IMG/VR virus record: IMGVR_UViG_3300024344_002032
Location: 23,859 to 87,858 of that record
Reading direction: 5' to 3' (one strand)
DNA length: 64,000 nucleotides
Source: a virus
Part shown: piece by piece, positions 8,839 to 18,229 of the stretch
Position numbering within the stretch: position 1 is the first letter of the stretch
How the letters are laid out: each line of letters opens with the position of its first letter
Position numbers and translations under genes: made by a program
Notes under the pieces: model-generated
The model's database searches: none
Told to the model about the DNA's origin: nothing
What the model saw: only the letters and a program-made list of their open reading frames with translations

Positions 8839-10656
8839 TTACTTTATTTTTACGTCTTTAAGTTCTTCTTTATATTCACTTTCAATCTTTTCAGCCTCAT
8901 TTATTAATTGATAGTCTTTTTGAGAAAACTTCTTCATATTCTTCTTCAAACCATCAAAATGAGCGAGTGCTAAACTTGGATTGTATTGTTTTCTTTTATC
9001 ATGTGCACCTAAAGGATCTCTACCTCTAGCTCCACTATCTTTTCCGTATTTTCCACCCTCTTTTGGTCTTCCTGCACCATTCCAACCACCTGGAGGTGAA
9101 CCACCCTCATCATCTAACTCATGTCCAGTTCTACCTGCTTGTGCATCGGATGGTGTTCCTTGTGCTTCACCACTCTTTGCAGGATCGTTACCCTCAGATT
9201 CTATCTGAGAGCGTCTAAATTTCTGTTTATAATCAAATACTATCTGATTATCCATCTCTTTAATCTTATCTTCTGTAAAATTAAATACATTCTTATAAAT
9301 CCACTCTGTAGAAACTATACCATCTTGTAACATTGAAGATGCCAATTGTGTTTTACTATTCCACAATTCAACTTTTTCGGTTTCATAAATTGTAGATGGA
9401 TTTGTAAGATTCAATTCAAAATTAACTAAGTCTGCATCTTGATAACCTTGTGAGTATAGATGAACAATAGCTATCTTAGTTAACTCTGATACAGTAATTC
9501 TTTGAATTCTTTCAATCGTTCTTGCAAACCTTACATCTTCTGCTGCAAGTGTTGCTTTACTTCCAAGTGATTCTTCATATCCAAGAAATGCTTTTGGAAC
9601 ACGAAGTGCTGCTAACATTTTATTCTTTAGATACTCAATATCTTCCACAGCTTCATAATTCAAACCTGGAAGTGATTCAATTCTCGTTCCACTATCTCCA
9701 CCACGAACAGGTAAGAAGAAATCTTCAGTAATATTTTGCATATTATATTTTAGATTATATTCACCAGTTGCTTGGTCGATGATAGGTGTTTTCTTCATCT
9801 TATTCAAAATCTTTTGCATATAGTTATCAACTTCTGCAGGTGGAATGTTTCCAATATCAATTTGGAAAACTCTCTTTTCAGGTGCTCTCATAATTCTATG
9901 AATCATCATAGCATCTTCCATAAGAGATAATTGTTTCCAAACTTTTCTACCTTGTTCAATCATCGACTTACCATATGGTAAGAAGTTAGAATCTGAAAGT
10001 AATCTGAAGTGTGCTACTTCAAAATTCTCTAATTCCATTTGATGAGGTTTCTGAGTACTATATGCTGAATGTTGATCTCCACCTTGTTCTAATATAAACT
10101 TAACATAATGTGGATTATTTTCATCAAGACCCTCTACCCTAGCTACATCGTATGCTGAAAGTGGTGCTACATTTGTAATACCATATTTTTCGTTAATTTC
10201 TAATTGTAAAAAGAAATCACCATACTTACACATATTGCGAACCCAAGGCCACAAGTTAAATTCAATATTCAATACATCATAAAATAAATTTTGTAGTATT
10301 GATTTAATATTGTCGTTATCAGTTGTTACTTCTAAAACACTTCCGTATTCACTTTTCATTGTTGATTCATCAGCGTATATATCTAATGCTGAAGAAACGA
10401 TACCATCACTATCCATCGATTCATAGTCTTTAAATAAACCCAACCTTAATGCTTTCTTGTGAACTGCATCCGAAGTTACGGAAGCACCATAACCAGAATA
10501 CAATTTTTGAAATCTATCAATAAGATTGTTTTTTGCTATATGCTGAATTTTATCTGTATCAGCTATCTTTAGTTTCTTACCACCAACATTCCTAACAATT
10601 ACGTTTGTTGAGAATAGTCGTTGTAGTCTTCCAAATAATGATTTATCAGCCATCAT
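8839..10656 (-). CDS. Portal protein (T4 gp20-like)
   Basis: QLSLMEDAMMIHRIMRAPEKRVFQIDIGNIP, EDFFLPVRG and LPG motifs; follows the terminase. Confidence 0.95.
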   Translation of the reverse strand: MMADKSLFGRLQRLFSTNVIVRNVGGKKLKIADTDKIQHIAKNNLIDRFQKLYSGYGASVTSDAVHKKALRLGLFKDYESMDSDGIVSSALDIYADESTMKSEYGSVLEVTTDNDNIKSILQNLFYDVLNIEFNLWPWVRNMCKYGDFFLQLEINEKYGITNVAPLSAYDVARVEGLDENNPHYVKFILEQGGDQHSAYSTQKPHQMELENFEVAHFRLLSDSNFLPYGKSMIEQGRKVWKQLSLMEDAMMIHRIMRAPEKRVFQIDIGNIPPAEVDNYMQKILNKMKKTPIIDQATGEYNLKYNMQNITEDFFLPVRGGDSGTRIESLPGLNYEAVEDIEYLKNKMLAALRVPKAFLGYEESLGSKATLAAEDVRFARTIERIQRITVSELTKIAIVHLYSQGYQDADLVNFELNLTNPSTIYETEKVELWNSKTQLASSMLQDGIVSTEWIYKNVFNFTEDKIKEMDNQIVFDYKQKFRRSQIESEGNDPAKSGEAQGTPSDAQAGRTGHELDDEGGSPPGGWNGAGRPKEGGKYGKDSGARGRDPLGAHDKRKQYNPSLALAHFDGLKKNMKKFSQKDYQLINEAEKIESEYKEELKDVKIK

Positions 10657-10665
10657 TTACCTCTT

Positions 10666-12286
10666 TTAATTAAGTAGCCATTCTAATGATTCATTTTTTC
10701 TATTTTCACCTACGCCAGGTTTCCAATTCCAAGAATCGTTATCTTTTTCATCAGGAGAATAAATACCCTGATGTGCATTTACATTTGAGAGAGTTCTTTT
10801 TGATAATTCAATACCCTCTGCTCTCAATCTCAATGCAGTTTCTCTTATCCACAATCCCATAGCAAAAGACATTACCAAGTCATCATTATATCCTTGCATT
10901 GCTTCTGCTCTCTGTCCATTATAAATAAAAACAAACAATTCATCTATCAATCTATGTGATTGAACTTGAACAGCTTTTTCTCTAAAAAATTCTTCTAATT
11001 TTGCTATAACTAACGGTCTTGTCTTCATAGACATTGTAAAACCAGGCACCAGGTCTTGTCTTCATAGACATTGTAAAACCAGGCACCATCTGTCTTTCTT
11101 CTCTATAGTGCTTATTAGTTATTTGCCTTTCAGTATCAACATACTTTAAATCTTTTGATGTGTAGAATAAATTTTGATATTCTCTATCTATTATTTGTTG
11201 AATTGCTGCCCAACCAATATTATTATTCTCCACAACAAGTAGTGCTTCATTATACTCTTGAGCTATGTTAACTAACATATTACCATAGTCTCTTGTAGAA
11301 ACTCTACCTTTATATTCTGCTACTTGATTACAACTTTCTAAATCTATAACATGAAAAGCAGAATAATCTGTAGAATCTCCTCTACTAACGTCAGCACATA
11401 CTATATAATCTTTTGTGTAATTTGGCGGCTCCCAAATCCACAAGTTACTATCAATACCACGTTTTTCGATAGGTTCTTTACACGTGCTATTTTTCATTTC
11501 TTCTAAAATAATACCATCAATAACATTTTGTCCAGAAGTGATAAAATCACAATCACATTCTTGAGCTGCTAATGATGGACCTAACAATGAATCTTGTTCA
11601 TCTCTCCATTCTTGTTCTCTATCAGGATGTACAGTCCAATGTAGTCTTGTGAAATTAAAATCATTTAAACCATCTTCTGCATCAACCCAAGTTCTATGAA
11701 ACCAATTACCAACACCATTTGGTGTTGAAAGTGCAATACATTGTCCACCAGTTGATAACGTCTGAGATGCTGCTGCCCATATCGTATCAATCTTATCAAT
11801 AAATGCTGCCTCATCAAGTATCAATAATGATAGTGCCTCTGAACGACCACTATCTTCACCACTTGATACAGCTTTTATTTGAGAACCATTCTTGTATCTC
11901 AAACTTAATTTGTTATCTTCAACACAAGGTTGCTTTAACCAACTTGGTAAGTTTGCGTGCATCACACGAACCTTTGTTACCAAGTTTTTTGCTACTTCTT
12001 GTTTCGTAGCAATAACCAAGATATTTTTATCTTGGTGAAACGTCATCATCCATAAAGAATATCCAGCAGTTAATGTAGATATACCTAGCTGCCTAGCTTT
12101 CAAAATAATTTGAAATCTATGCTGCATAAATTCTTCTACAGTTTTCTCCTGAAAATCATAAAGTGAAAAAGGTATTTTACCCTTAATAGGATGTTGTATA
12201 AATGAATATTTCTTTAAGAAATATACTGGATCATTTGCACATCTTACATATTCTTTCTTTATAATCTCTTTATAGTTTTTATCCAT
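10666..12286 (-). CDS. terL: Terminase large subunit (T4 gp17-like), frameshifted by a 37-bp tandem duplication
   Basis: KARQLGIST (Walker A), LLILDEAAF (Walker B), STPNG, ADVSRGDSTDYS and NDDLVMS nuclease motifs. Removing one repeat copy joins the two track ORFs into one 527-aa protein. Confidence 0.93.
11015..11088. repeat. Perfect 37-bp direct tandem duplication
   Basis: ggtcttgtcttcatagacattgtaaaaccaggcacca at 11015-11051 and 11052-11088. Confidence 0.97.
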
Positions 12287-12606
12287 TAGTGTATCTTTGG
12301 ATTACGTATTAATACATACACTGCTTTTGCGTTACAAGCTACTTCTTTTAATGAAAAATCATATTGTGTTCCAACTGTTAAATGTGCAAGATTTACTCTT
12401 CCACCGCCCGATAAATCAGCGTGTCCAGTTGTTGATGATTCTCCTACAATAAGTGCACCTGCGCCATAATTAGAAGCTGTAAAGCTACCCGTAGCATTAT
12501 TAACTGTTTGGATACCCTTATATTTTCCAGGATGTCCAAATTTTTGAAAATGATCGTAATCACTTGGATGAACATTCTGAGATGAGCTAGGTTGTAAGTT
12601 AGCCAT
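12286..12606 (-). CDS. Hypothetical protein, probably a small virion protein
   Basis: Gly/Ser/Thr-rich, contains ATGSFTAS; AGGAG SD. Confidence 0.55.
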   Translation of the reverse strand: MANLQPSSSQNVHPSDYDHFQKFGHPGKYKGIQTVNNATGSFTASNYGAGALIVGESSTTGHADLSGGGRVNLAHLTVGTQYDFSLKEVACNAKAVYVLIRNPKIH

Positions 12607-12615
12607 ATTATTCTC

Positions 12616-12915
12616 CTATCGACTACCAGCTCTTTTTATGCCAGTAGATTTTAATATTTCGTTAAATGTATATGAAGTTTTAACTCCCCCAAATTCTAAA
12701 GAATCTAAATCGTCAATTTTTAAAAATTTCTGAATTACAAATTCAAAAATAATCATTGCTTCTTCAAACCTTTCACTATCCTCTTCTAAACCCTCTACAT
12801 CAGATAAATAAATCTCTGCTAACTGTTTCATATCACTCAAAACAGTATGTATTTCGTTACAAGTCTGTCCAGGAACGAGGTAGTAATTATTCTTTTTAAA
12901 GTAAAGGTTCTTCAT
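12616..12915 (-). CDS. Hypothetical protein, possibly on a leaderless mRNA
   Basis: ATG lies 3 nt after TATTTATA (12919-12926); no SD. Confidence 0.5.
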   Translation of the reverse strand: MKNLYFKKNNYYLVPGQTCNEIHTVLSDMKQLAEIYLSDVEGLEEDSERFEEAMIIFEFVIQKFLKIDDLDSLEFGGVKTSYTFNEILKSTGIKRAGSR

Positions 12916-12918
12916 ATA

Positions 12919-12926
12919 TATAAATA
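12919..12926 (-). promoter_or_regulatory. Putative late promoter TATTTATA
   Basis: Recurrent octamer occupying a 12-nt intergenic gap. Confidence 0.6.
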
Positions 12927-12927
12927 G

Positions 12928-13452
12928 TTATTCTATTTCTTTTAGTGTTTTTCTGATAAATTCTTCTGCTTTATCAGCCATTTCTTTCATTTGTTCTTGA
13001 TTTTGTGTCCATTTTTCCTTTTCCATTTCTAAATCTTGAACTCCAACTTGTTCTTGAAACTCTATTTTAGCATTTTTCCACTCATCTAAAGATACCAACA
13101 AATCTTCAAGATATGCTTTCTGATTTCTTTTTACTTTACCGTTTTCCCACTCTTCATACTTACCCTCTATACGAAGTTTGTTTTCAAAATTAATCTGACA
13201 ATCAAAACAATGATTGTATAGTAACCACATCTTATTATCTAAACGTTTCTTCATTGTCTTCTTACAAGATGGACAAAACCAGGGCATCCTAGCATCTTTC
13301 ATAATATCAGATAGTCTATCTACCTTATCACCGTGCTTTGCTACCTCTTTCTTACCCTCATAACCAACCATCACTCTTTTTTCTGGAGTTTTTCCACTAA
13401 TTAAATCACCGAGAACCTTATTTTCTCTTTCTGAACTTTTACTATAACCCAT
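12928..13452 (-). CDS. Hypothetical zinc-finger protein
   Basis: CPSC...HCFDC. Confidence 0.55.
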   Translation of the reverse strand: MGYSKSSERENKVLGDLISGKTPEKRVMVGYEGKKEVAKHGDKVDRLSDIMKDARMPWFCPSCKKTMKKRLDNKMWLLYNHCFDCQINFENKLRIEGKYEEWENGKVKRNQKAYLEDLLVSLDEWKNAKIEFQEQVGVQDLEMEKEKWTQNQEQMKEMADKAEEFIRKTLKEIE

Positions 13453-13456
13453 ATAT

Positions 13457-16400
13457 TTACCTACTAAATTTTAATGCACCTACTATTTGATTTACTGGTG
13501 CAAATGCACCTGTAAATTTATACATTTTACCTTTATATTTAAAAACTAATCCCTCTGATGGAACTATGGATGCAGTTCCACCTATAGAATTTATTTTTTC
13601 TAAATTTTTCTTTAACAAACTTATTTTTTTAATATCCTTTGATGTTTTTAAACCAGATATTGCAGATTTCAAATCTTTTTTAATCTTTTGAACTGCTTTT
13701 TTTGGATTAACTGCCAAAAATCCCTCTAAATTCTTTAATATTTCTGCACCTAACTCTAAGAATAATAACTCAAGTGGTTTTATATTATTATAAGCTAACT
13801 TTTTATGATCAAACTTATCAACACCTTTAGTCCAACTCAAAAATTTATCATGTTTAATACTTTTTTTATCTAATCTGAACGACTTATCTAAATAAGCCCA
13901 CCTTTTTACTAATGATTCTAAAACAATTCTTGGAATCTTGTACTTATGTTGTTTTGCAGCATTAAAGATATATTCTCTCCAATACATCTCATTATGCATA
14001 CCCAAAGTATCATTATCCTTCAGTCTATAAATAGTCTGTAACTTTCTCAACTTCGATAAAAAATATTTTTTCTTTTTACTGAAGTCTTGGACTTTAGGTA
14101 AGTTTAAAACTACTGGTTTAGATACCTTAAATCTCTTTTGGATATTAGCGTTTGCTTGTCTAATCATTCCCTCTAACATTCTTGCACTATCTGTTACTTG
14201 ACTTTTTACAGTTCCATCTTCGTGAATCTCTACACTACCATGAAAGAATAATTCAGATACATCATAATCAATAACGTTTGCTGTAGCAGGATACATAATC
14301 TCTAAGTTCATCCATTTACTACCATTACCAAATACCTTTTCTTTTTGTTTATCTGATAATTTACCTATTGCATTCTCTAAATCTTTCATAGAACCAACAA
14401 ATGCTTTTTCTATATCACCTCTACCACTAAATACACTTTTCATACCAGCTACATTCAATGAGGTTTTACCAAACATCTTTAGATGTCCTTTATTGCGAGC
14501 CCCTCTTAGTTCTCCATCTATATAACTTACCATTAGGTTTTGTCCGTCAAGTTTCTCTGTAACATTATCTTCACGACTTAGTTTTCCCTCTAAACTCATA
14601 TTGATGATGTTTTTAAAATCACCAAAAGTTAGATTGTTGTCATCGAAAGGATGACTCATGTGACCTGCTGCTCCTCCCATTAATAATAACTCCTTTTTTT
14701 GTGGATTTAAATCTAATTCTTGTGTCCACCAATCTGGTGTAAACAATTTTGTTTCTGATAAACTTTTTCGATATTTCTGTGCTGCTTTAGAACCCTTATT
14801 CTTTGCTACCCATCTAACTGCACTTTGACGACTAATTGTTTTCTTTCTTCCTCTTGGGTTTGGATTCTTTACGGTGTCTGGAGCAGATATTTTCTTTTTT
14901 GCATCAGCTTTCTTTTTCTTGTGTGCTTTATAAGCTCTATAAGCACCAAACGAAACACCAGCTGCCATAGTTGCAGCACTACCTAAAACTTTTGTATAAG
15001 GTGCAGTCAAACCTGTAGTAGCACCTACAGCAGTTAACACTAAGAACTTAGTTCCCATCTCACCACTAAATAAATCTGCCATTGAATACTCACCAGCGGC
15101 TGCTGCAGTAGCTGCTGCAGATAAATCTAAATCATACTCTGGATCTCCGATGAATGTCATCTTAGTCCAAGCATAAGTTACACCAGCAGCTGCGGCTACA
15201 CCCATTACTCTTTTTAATTTTGGATGTTTTTGTAAATAATCATCTAATTTTTTTAATCCTTTTTCTTTCTTCTGTCCAAACTTTGTTTTTGCTAATTTCT
15301 TTGCTACTTTATCAGGAACATAATTAAGAACTTTCTGATATGCTTGGAAACCTTTTTTTGCACCATCTAATACTTTATCTACACTAAAATCATTTAACTT
15401 TGCAATAGAAAAAGTATTCTTATTCATCATTGTTTTTCTAACTTTAGATAATGGTTGTTTTCCTTTTTTAGACCAATCTTTTAGAAAGTTATTAAACTTA
15501 ACTCCCTCTTCTAATAACATACCATCTACTTCAAGAAGAAACTTTACCTCATCATCTAAATTAAAGACTTCTTTCAAATCACCATACAATTCTGTATTCT
15601 TTTCAGCATTATGTTTACCAGGTAAAACTGGTTGTGCTACATCAACTCCTGTCGTTTCACTAAAGTCATCTTTTAACCCAAACCACTTGACAATCTCAAA
15701 ACCTACATTGTTTAACACCCTATTCTCTACATTCTTTTTATACTTTGCGATAGCTACATTTTTGGGTGTATGTAAGTTTCCGTATGATATAGCAGGTACA
15801 GTATTTAATCTTATTGAAAAATCTAATAATGGATCCATAGCTTCTTTACTAATCATATAATTTATAACTTGCCAACCAAGTCCATCAAAATTTTTCTCTA
15901 ACCACTCTTTAGAACTTTTTTTATAATCAGTAAAACTTATATGAAATGTTGGTGGTCCATCATCTACAGGAGAACCAGACATCACACTACTTTCTTTTAT
16001 AATCTCTTTTATTTTATCTAAATTATTATCAATGAATTCGTACAACTTTTTAAACTTGTTATGCATCATAGTAAAGATACCTTTATCAAAGTATCCAAAT
16101 GCTTGTCTGAATAGTTTTTCTCTATTCTTTTTATATTGTGGTGAACCAAGTAAATCTCTCATTACCGTTCCACTTACTTCTTTACCACCAACTTTGATTG
16201 ATACGTGAGGTGCTGTAAGAACATATCCATTATCCTCATATCCTCTCATCTTGTTTTTGTTCTTTTTATAATCTTGAAAGTATTTACCACCTGATAATCT
16301 ACCAGCATCTTTAGCACCAAATATGTAAATAACTGCTGTAGTATCTTTATCATATTTCTTTAATACATTCTTTGCTACGTAAGGTGATTTTTCTTGTATG

Positions 16401-16777
16401 ATACGATTCTTAGGAATACCCATCTTAACCATATGACGAACCTTTTCACTAAAGTTCATTGGATGTCTTGGTGGTTGTTTTATATTAGATGTAGTGATAT
16501 ATGCATCATCTACTTGTTTAGATAACCATTGGTAGGTTTTCAAATGGTGGGGCCCAAACGGTTGAAACCGTCCACCATAAATGCCTACAACCTTTTTTAT
16601 TTTAGGCAAGTTTTCCTCAATTTCACTAACTGAATATACGGATCTTTGACCAGTCTTGTCAAGCCTTTTTTTCGCTTTTTTTATCTTTTTTTGACTTTGT
16701 GATGGTAACATCCCTGCGGGCGCACCAAACTCTTCCTCTATAAAAGGTTTCACAAGCCATTCAGTTAATTTATTCAT
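13457..16777 (-). CDS. Multidomain protein: N-terminal HIGH-type (cytidyltransferase-like) domain and C-terminal ligase-type nucleotidyltransferase domain
   Basis: N-terminal VGIYGGRFQPFGPHH...GAKD...SGT-x-MR; C-terminal TEKLDG (motif I), EGLVF (motif IV) and YKFTG (motif V); hydrophobic Ala/Gly-rich middle. Confidence 0.7.
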   Translation of the reverse strand: MNKLTEWLVKPFIEEEFGAPAGMLPSQSQKKIKKAKKRLDKTGQRSVYSVSEIEENLPKIKKVVGIYGGRFQPFGPHHLKTYQWLSKQVDDAYITTSNIKQPPRHPMNFSEKVRHMVKMGIPKNRIIQEKSPYVAKNVLKKYDKDTTAVIYIFGAKDAGRLSGGKYFQDYKKNKNKMRGYEDNGYVLTAPHVSIKVGGKEVSGTVMRDLLGSPQYKKNREKLFRQAFGYFDKGIFTMMHNKFKKLYEFIDNNLDKIKEIIKESSVMSGSPVDDGPPTFHISFTDYKKSSKEWLEKNFDGLGWQVINYMISKEAMDPLLDFSIRLNTVPAISYGNLHTPKNVAIAKYKKNVENRVLNNVGFEIVKWFGLKDDFSETTGVDVAQPVLPGKHNAEKNTELYGDLKEVFNLDDEVKFLLEVDGMLLEEGVKFNNFLKDWSKKGKQPLSKVRKTMMNKNTFSIAKLNDFSVDKVLDGAKKGFQAYQKVLNYVPDKVAKKLAKTKFGQKKEKGLKKLDDYLQKHPKLKRVMGVAAAAGVTYAWTKMTFIGDPEYDLDLSAAATAAAAGEYSMADLFSGEMGTKFLVLTAVGATTGLTAPYTKVLGSAATMAAGVSFGAYRAYKAHKKKKADAKKKISAPDTVKNPNPRGRKKTISRQSAVRWVAKNKGSKAAQKYRKSLSETKLFTPDWWTQELDLNPQKKELLLMGGAAGHMSHPFDDNNLTFGDFKNIINMSLEGKLSREDNVTEKLDGQNLMVSYIDGELRGARNKGHLKMFGKTSLNVAGMKSVFSGRGDIEKAFVGSMKDLENAIGKLSDKQKEKVFGNGSKWMNLEIMYPATANVIDYDVSELFFHGSVEIHEDGTVKSQVTDSARMLEGMIRQANANIQKRFKVSKPVVLNLPKVQDFSKKKKYFLSKLRKLQTIYRLKDNDTLGMHNEMYWREYIFNAAKQHKYKIPRIVLESLVKRWAYLDKSFRLDKKSIKHDKFLSWTKGVDKFDHKKLAYNNIKPLELLFLELGAEILKNLEGFLAVNPKKAVQKIKKDLKSAISGLKTSKDIKKISLLKKNLEKINSIGGTASIVPSEGLVFKYKGKMYKFTGAFAPVNQIVGALKFSR

Positions 16778-16980
16778 TACTTTATTACCAATGAAGCTAA
16801 TACTACTTTACCTTTTTTCTTTTTACCACTTACAACGTCTTGTAAATCATTACCCTTAAATTGTAGTTTTGCAGTAAGCTTTCTACCTTTAACAGTAATA
16901 TAATTCTTACCAATCATTTCAAAAGGTATATTAGTCTCTTGTTCAATAGCTTCGTTTATGATGTCTTTTAGTTTAATCAT
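16777..16980 (-). CDS. Small putative internal head protein (MIKLKDIINE)
   Basis: Shared N-terminal motif; ATGA/TAATG coupling to neighbours. Confidence 0.55.
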   Translation of the reverse strand: MIKLKDIINEAIEQETNIPFEMIGKNYITVKGRKLTAKLQFKGNDLQDVVSGKKKKGKVVLASLVIK

Positions 16981-17459
16981 ACTGAAAGTGCCCTCTTATA
17001 CCAACCGAATATGAATCGTTCTTGTTCGGGTTTCTTATTTACTAAATCATAATAGTGTTTTAATCTGTAACAGCGAACTCTTTCTAATTCAGGTGTATGT
17101 TTTGCTAATGCTGCTTTTGTACCAGGTCCGAATCCACCATCTACAGATATATCACCACCTTTACCATTAATTGCTCTCTGTAAAATCTTGACTGCAGTAC
17201 CTCTACCTTGATTTACACACATATCAAAAAATATATGTTTTAAATCGTCAGGTAAATCATCTACTTTATTCTTATCCCAATAATCTCTTTTGTAGATTTC
17301 TTTTGCACCATCTTCTGTTAAGTTCTTGATATCTACATCAGGATAGAATCGTTTTGCAATACCAAAATTAGTTTCACCACCTAAATCAGTTGGGTCGTGA
17401 ACGTATCCGCCCTCGTGATGTAAGGTTACTTCAATTATCTCATCAAATGTTGTTAACAT
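16977..17459 (-). CDS. GH108 family lysozyme with peptidoglycan-binding domain
   Basis: HEGGYVHDPTDLGGETNFGI, YWD, VDGGFGPGT and RFIFGW motifs; start revised to ATG 17459 (AGGAG SD). Confidence 0.9.
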   Translation of the reverse strand: MLTTFDEIIEVTLHHEGGYVHDPTDLGGETNFGIAKRFYPDVDIKNLTEDGAKEIYKRDYWDKNKVDDLPDDLKHIFFDMCVNQGRGTAVKILQRAINGKGGDISVDGGFGPGTKAALAKHTPELERVRCYRLKHYYDLVNKKPEQERFIFGWYKRALSV

Positions 17460-17460
17460 T

Positions 17461-18198
17461 TTAGACTCCTTGTTTTTTGAGGATTTTTTGTTTTTCAATC
17501 CATCGCTTTGCAATAGGATTTTTAATAGGTTTTTTAATAAATTTATCAACACCTTTTTTCACCAATATATTAAATTTGTTTTGTGCTTGTTTTGCATCTA
17601 AAGTTTTACTGTTATCTACTATCAAAAAGTTTTGTTTGAAAAGATTTTGAAATCTACCTAAATTTTTCTGAACATCTTCCCAAGATTTTTGTAATAACTT
17701 TGGTGGTAGTACTCTATCTCTTTCTTGATTTCTTTTTTGTGCTACTTCTAATGAAGTATTCACAAAGATCATATAAGTATCATAACCATCTTCTTCAAGT
17801 TCTCTTTTCATTTTAGCAAGTTTACCAAAGTCGTGACCAGTGCCATCAATAATCATACCTAATTTTCCGTCTTTATATAACTTCATCCGTTGAGCGGTAA
17901 GTTCTTTACTATAATCTCTTAATCCACTTTGACCTTTTGCTGTCAAATCTTTAAATACTTCATCTGGCATTTTATCTAAATCAGTACCAAATCCAAACTT
18001 TTTTAATAGAAATTTTAACTCTTTATCTGAGTTTACCATTTTCATACCAGAAGCAGAAATGTTAAGTCTATCTGGAATACCAAAAAGCTGCTTAACAACG
18101 AAAGTCTTACCACTTCCTGGACCGCCAGCAAGAAAAACTGCTTTAAATATGCCAGGATCGTTTACACCCTCTAATAATATATCCATTAACTTAATCAC
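17461..18198 (-). CDS. P-loop kinase (PNK / AAA_33 / zeta-toxin-like) with MIKLMDILLE N-terminus
   Basis: AGGPGSGKT Walker A, IIDGT, lid KRNQERDR; GTG start with GGAG SD. Confidence 0.75.
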   Translation of the reverse strand: MIKLMDILLEGVNDPGIFKAVFLAGGPGSGKTFVVKQLFGIPDRLNISASGMKMVNSDKELKFLLKKFGFGTDLDKMPDEVFKDLTAKGQSGLRDYSKELTAQRMKLYKDGKLGMIIDGTGHDFGKLAKMKRELEEDGYDTYMIFVNTSLEVAQKRNQERDRVLPPKLLQKSWEDVQKNLGRFQNLFKQNFLIVDNSKTLDAKQAQNKFNILVKKGVDKFIKKPIKNPIAKRWIEKQKILKKQGV

Positions 18199-18219
18199 AA
18201 AAAACTCCAGTATGTTACT

Positions 18220-18227
18220 AATAAATA
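18220..18227 (-). promoter_or_regulatory. Variant late promoter TATTTATT
   Basis: One-mismatch copy of the octamer in the gap at the end of the glycan island. Confidence 0.45.
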
Positions 18228-18229
18228 TC

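Noticed and set aside
11015-11088. 37-bp repeat as a CRISPR array or mobile-element target duplication
   Set aside because: Two directly abutting copies, no spacer and no element; the unit is ordinary terminase coding sequence.
17430-17459. Lysin N-terminus MLTTFDEIIE as a capsid-targeting tag
   Set aside because: It also matches the normal first helix of GH108 enzymes before HEGGY, so it is not independent evidence.
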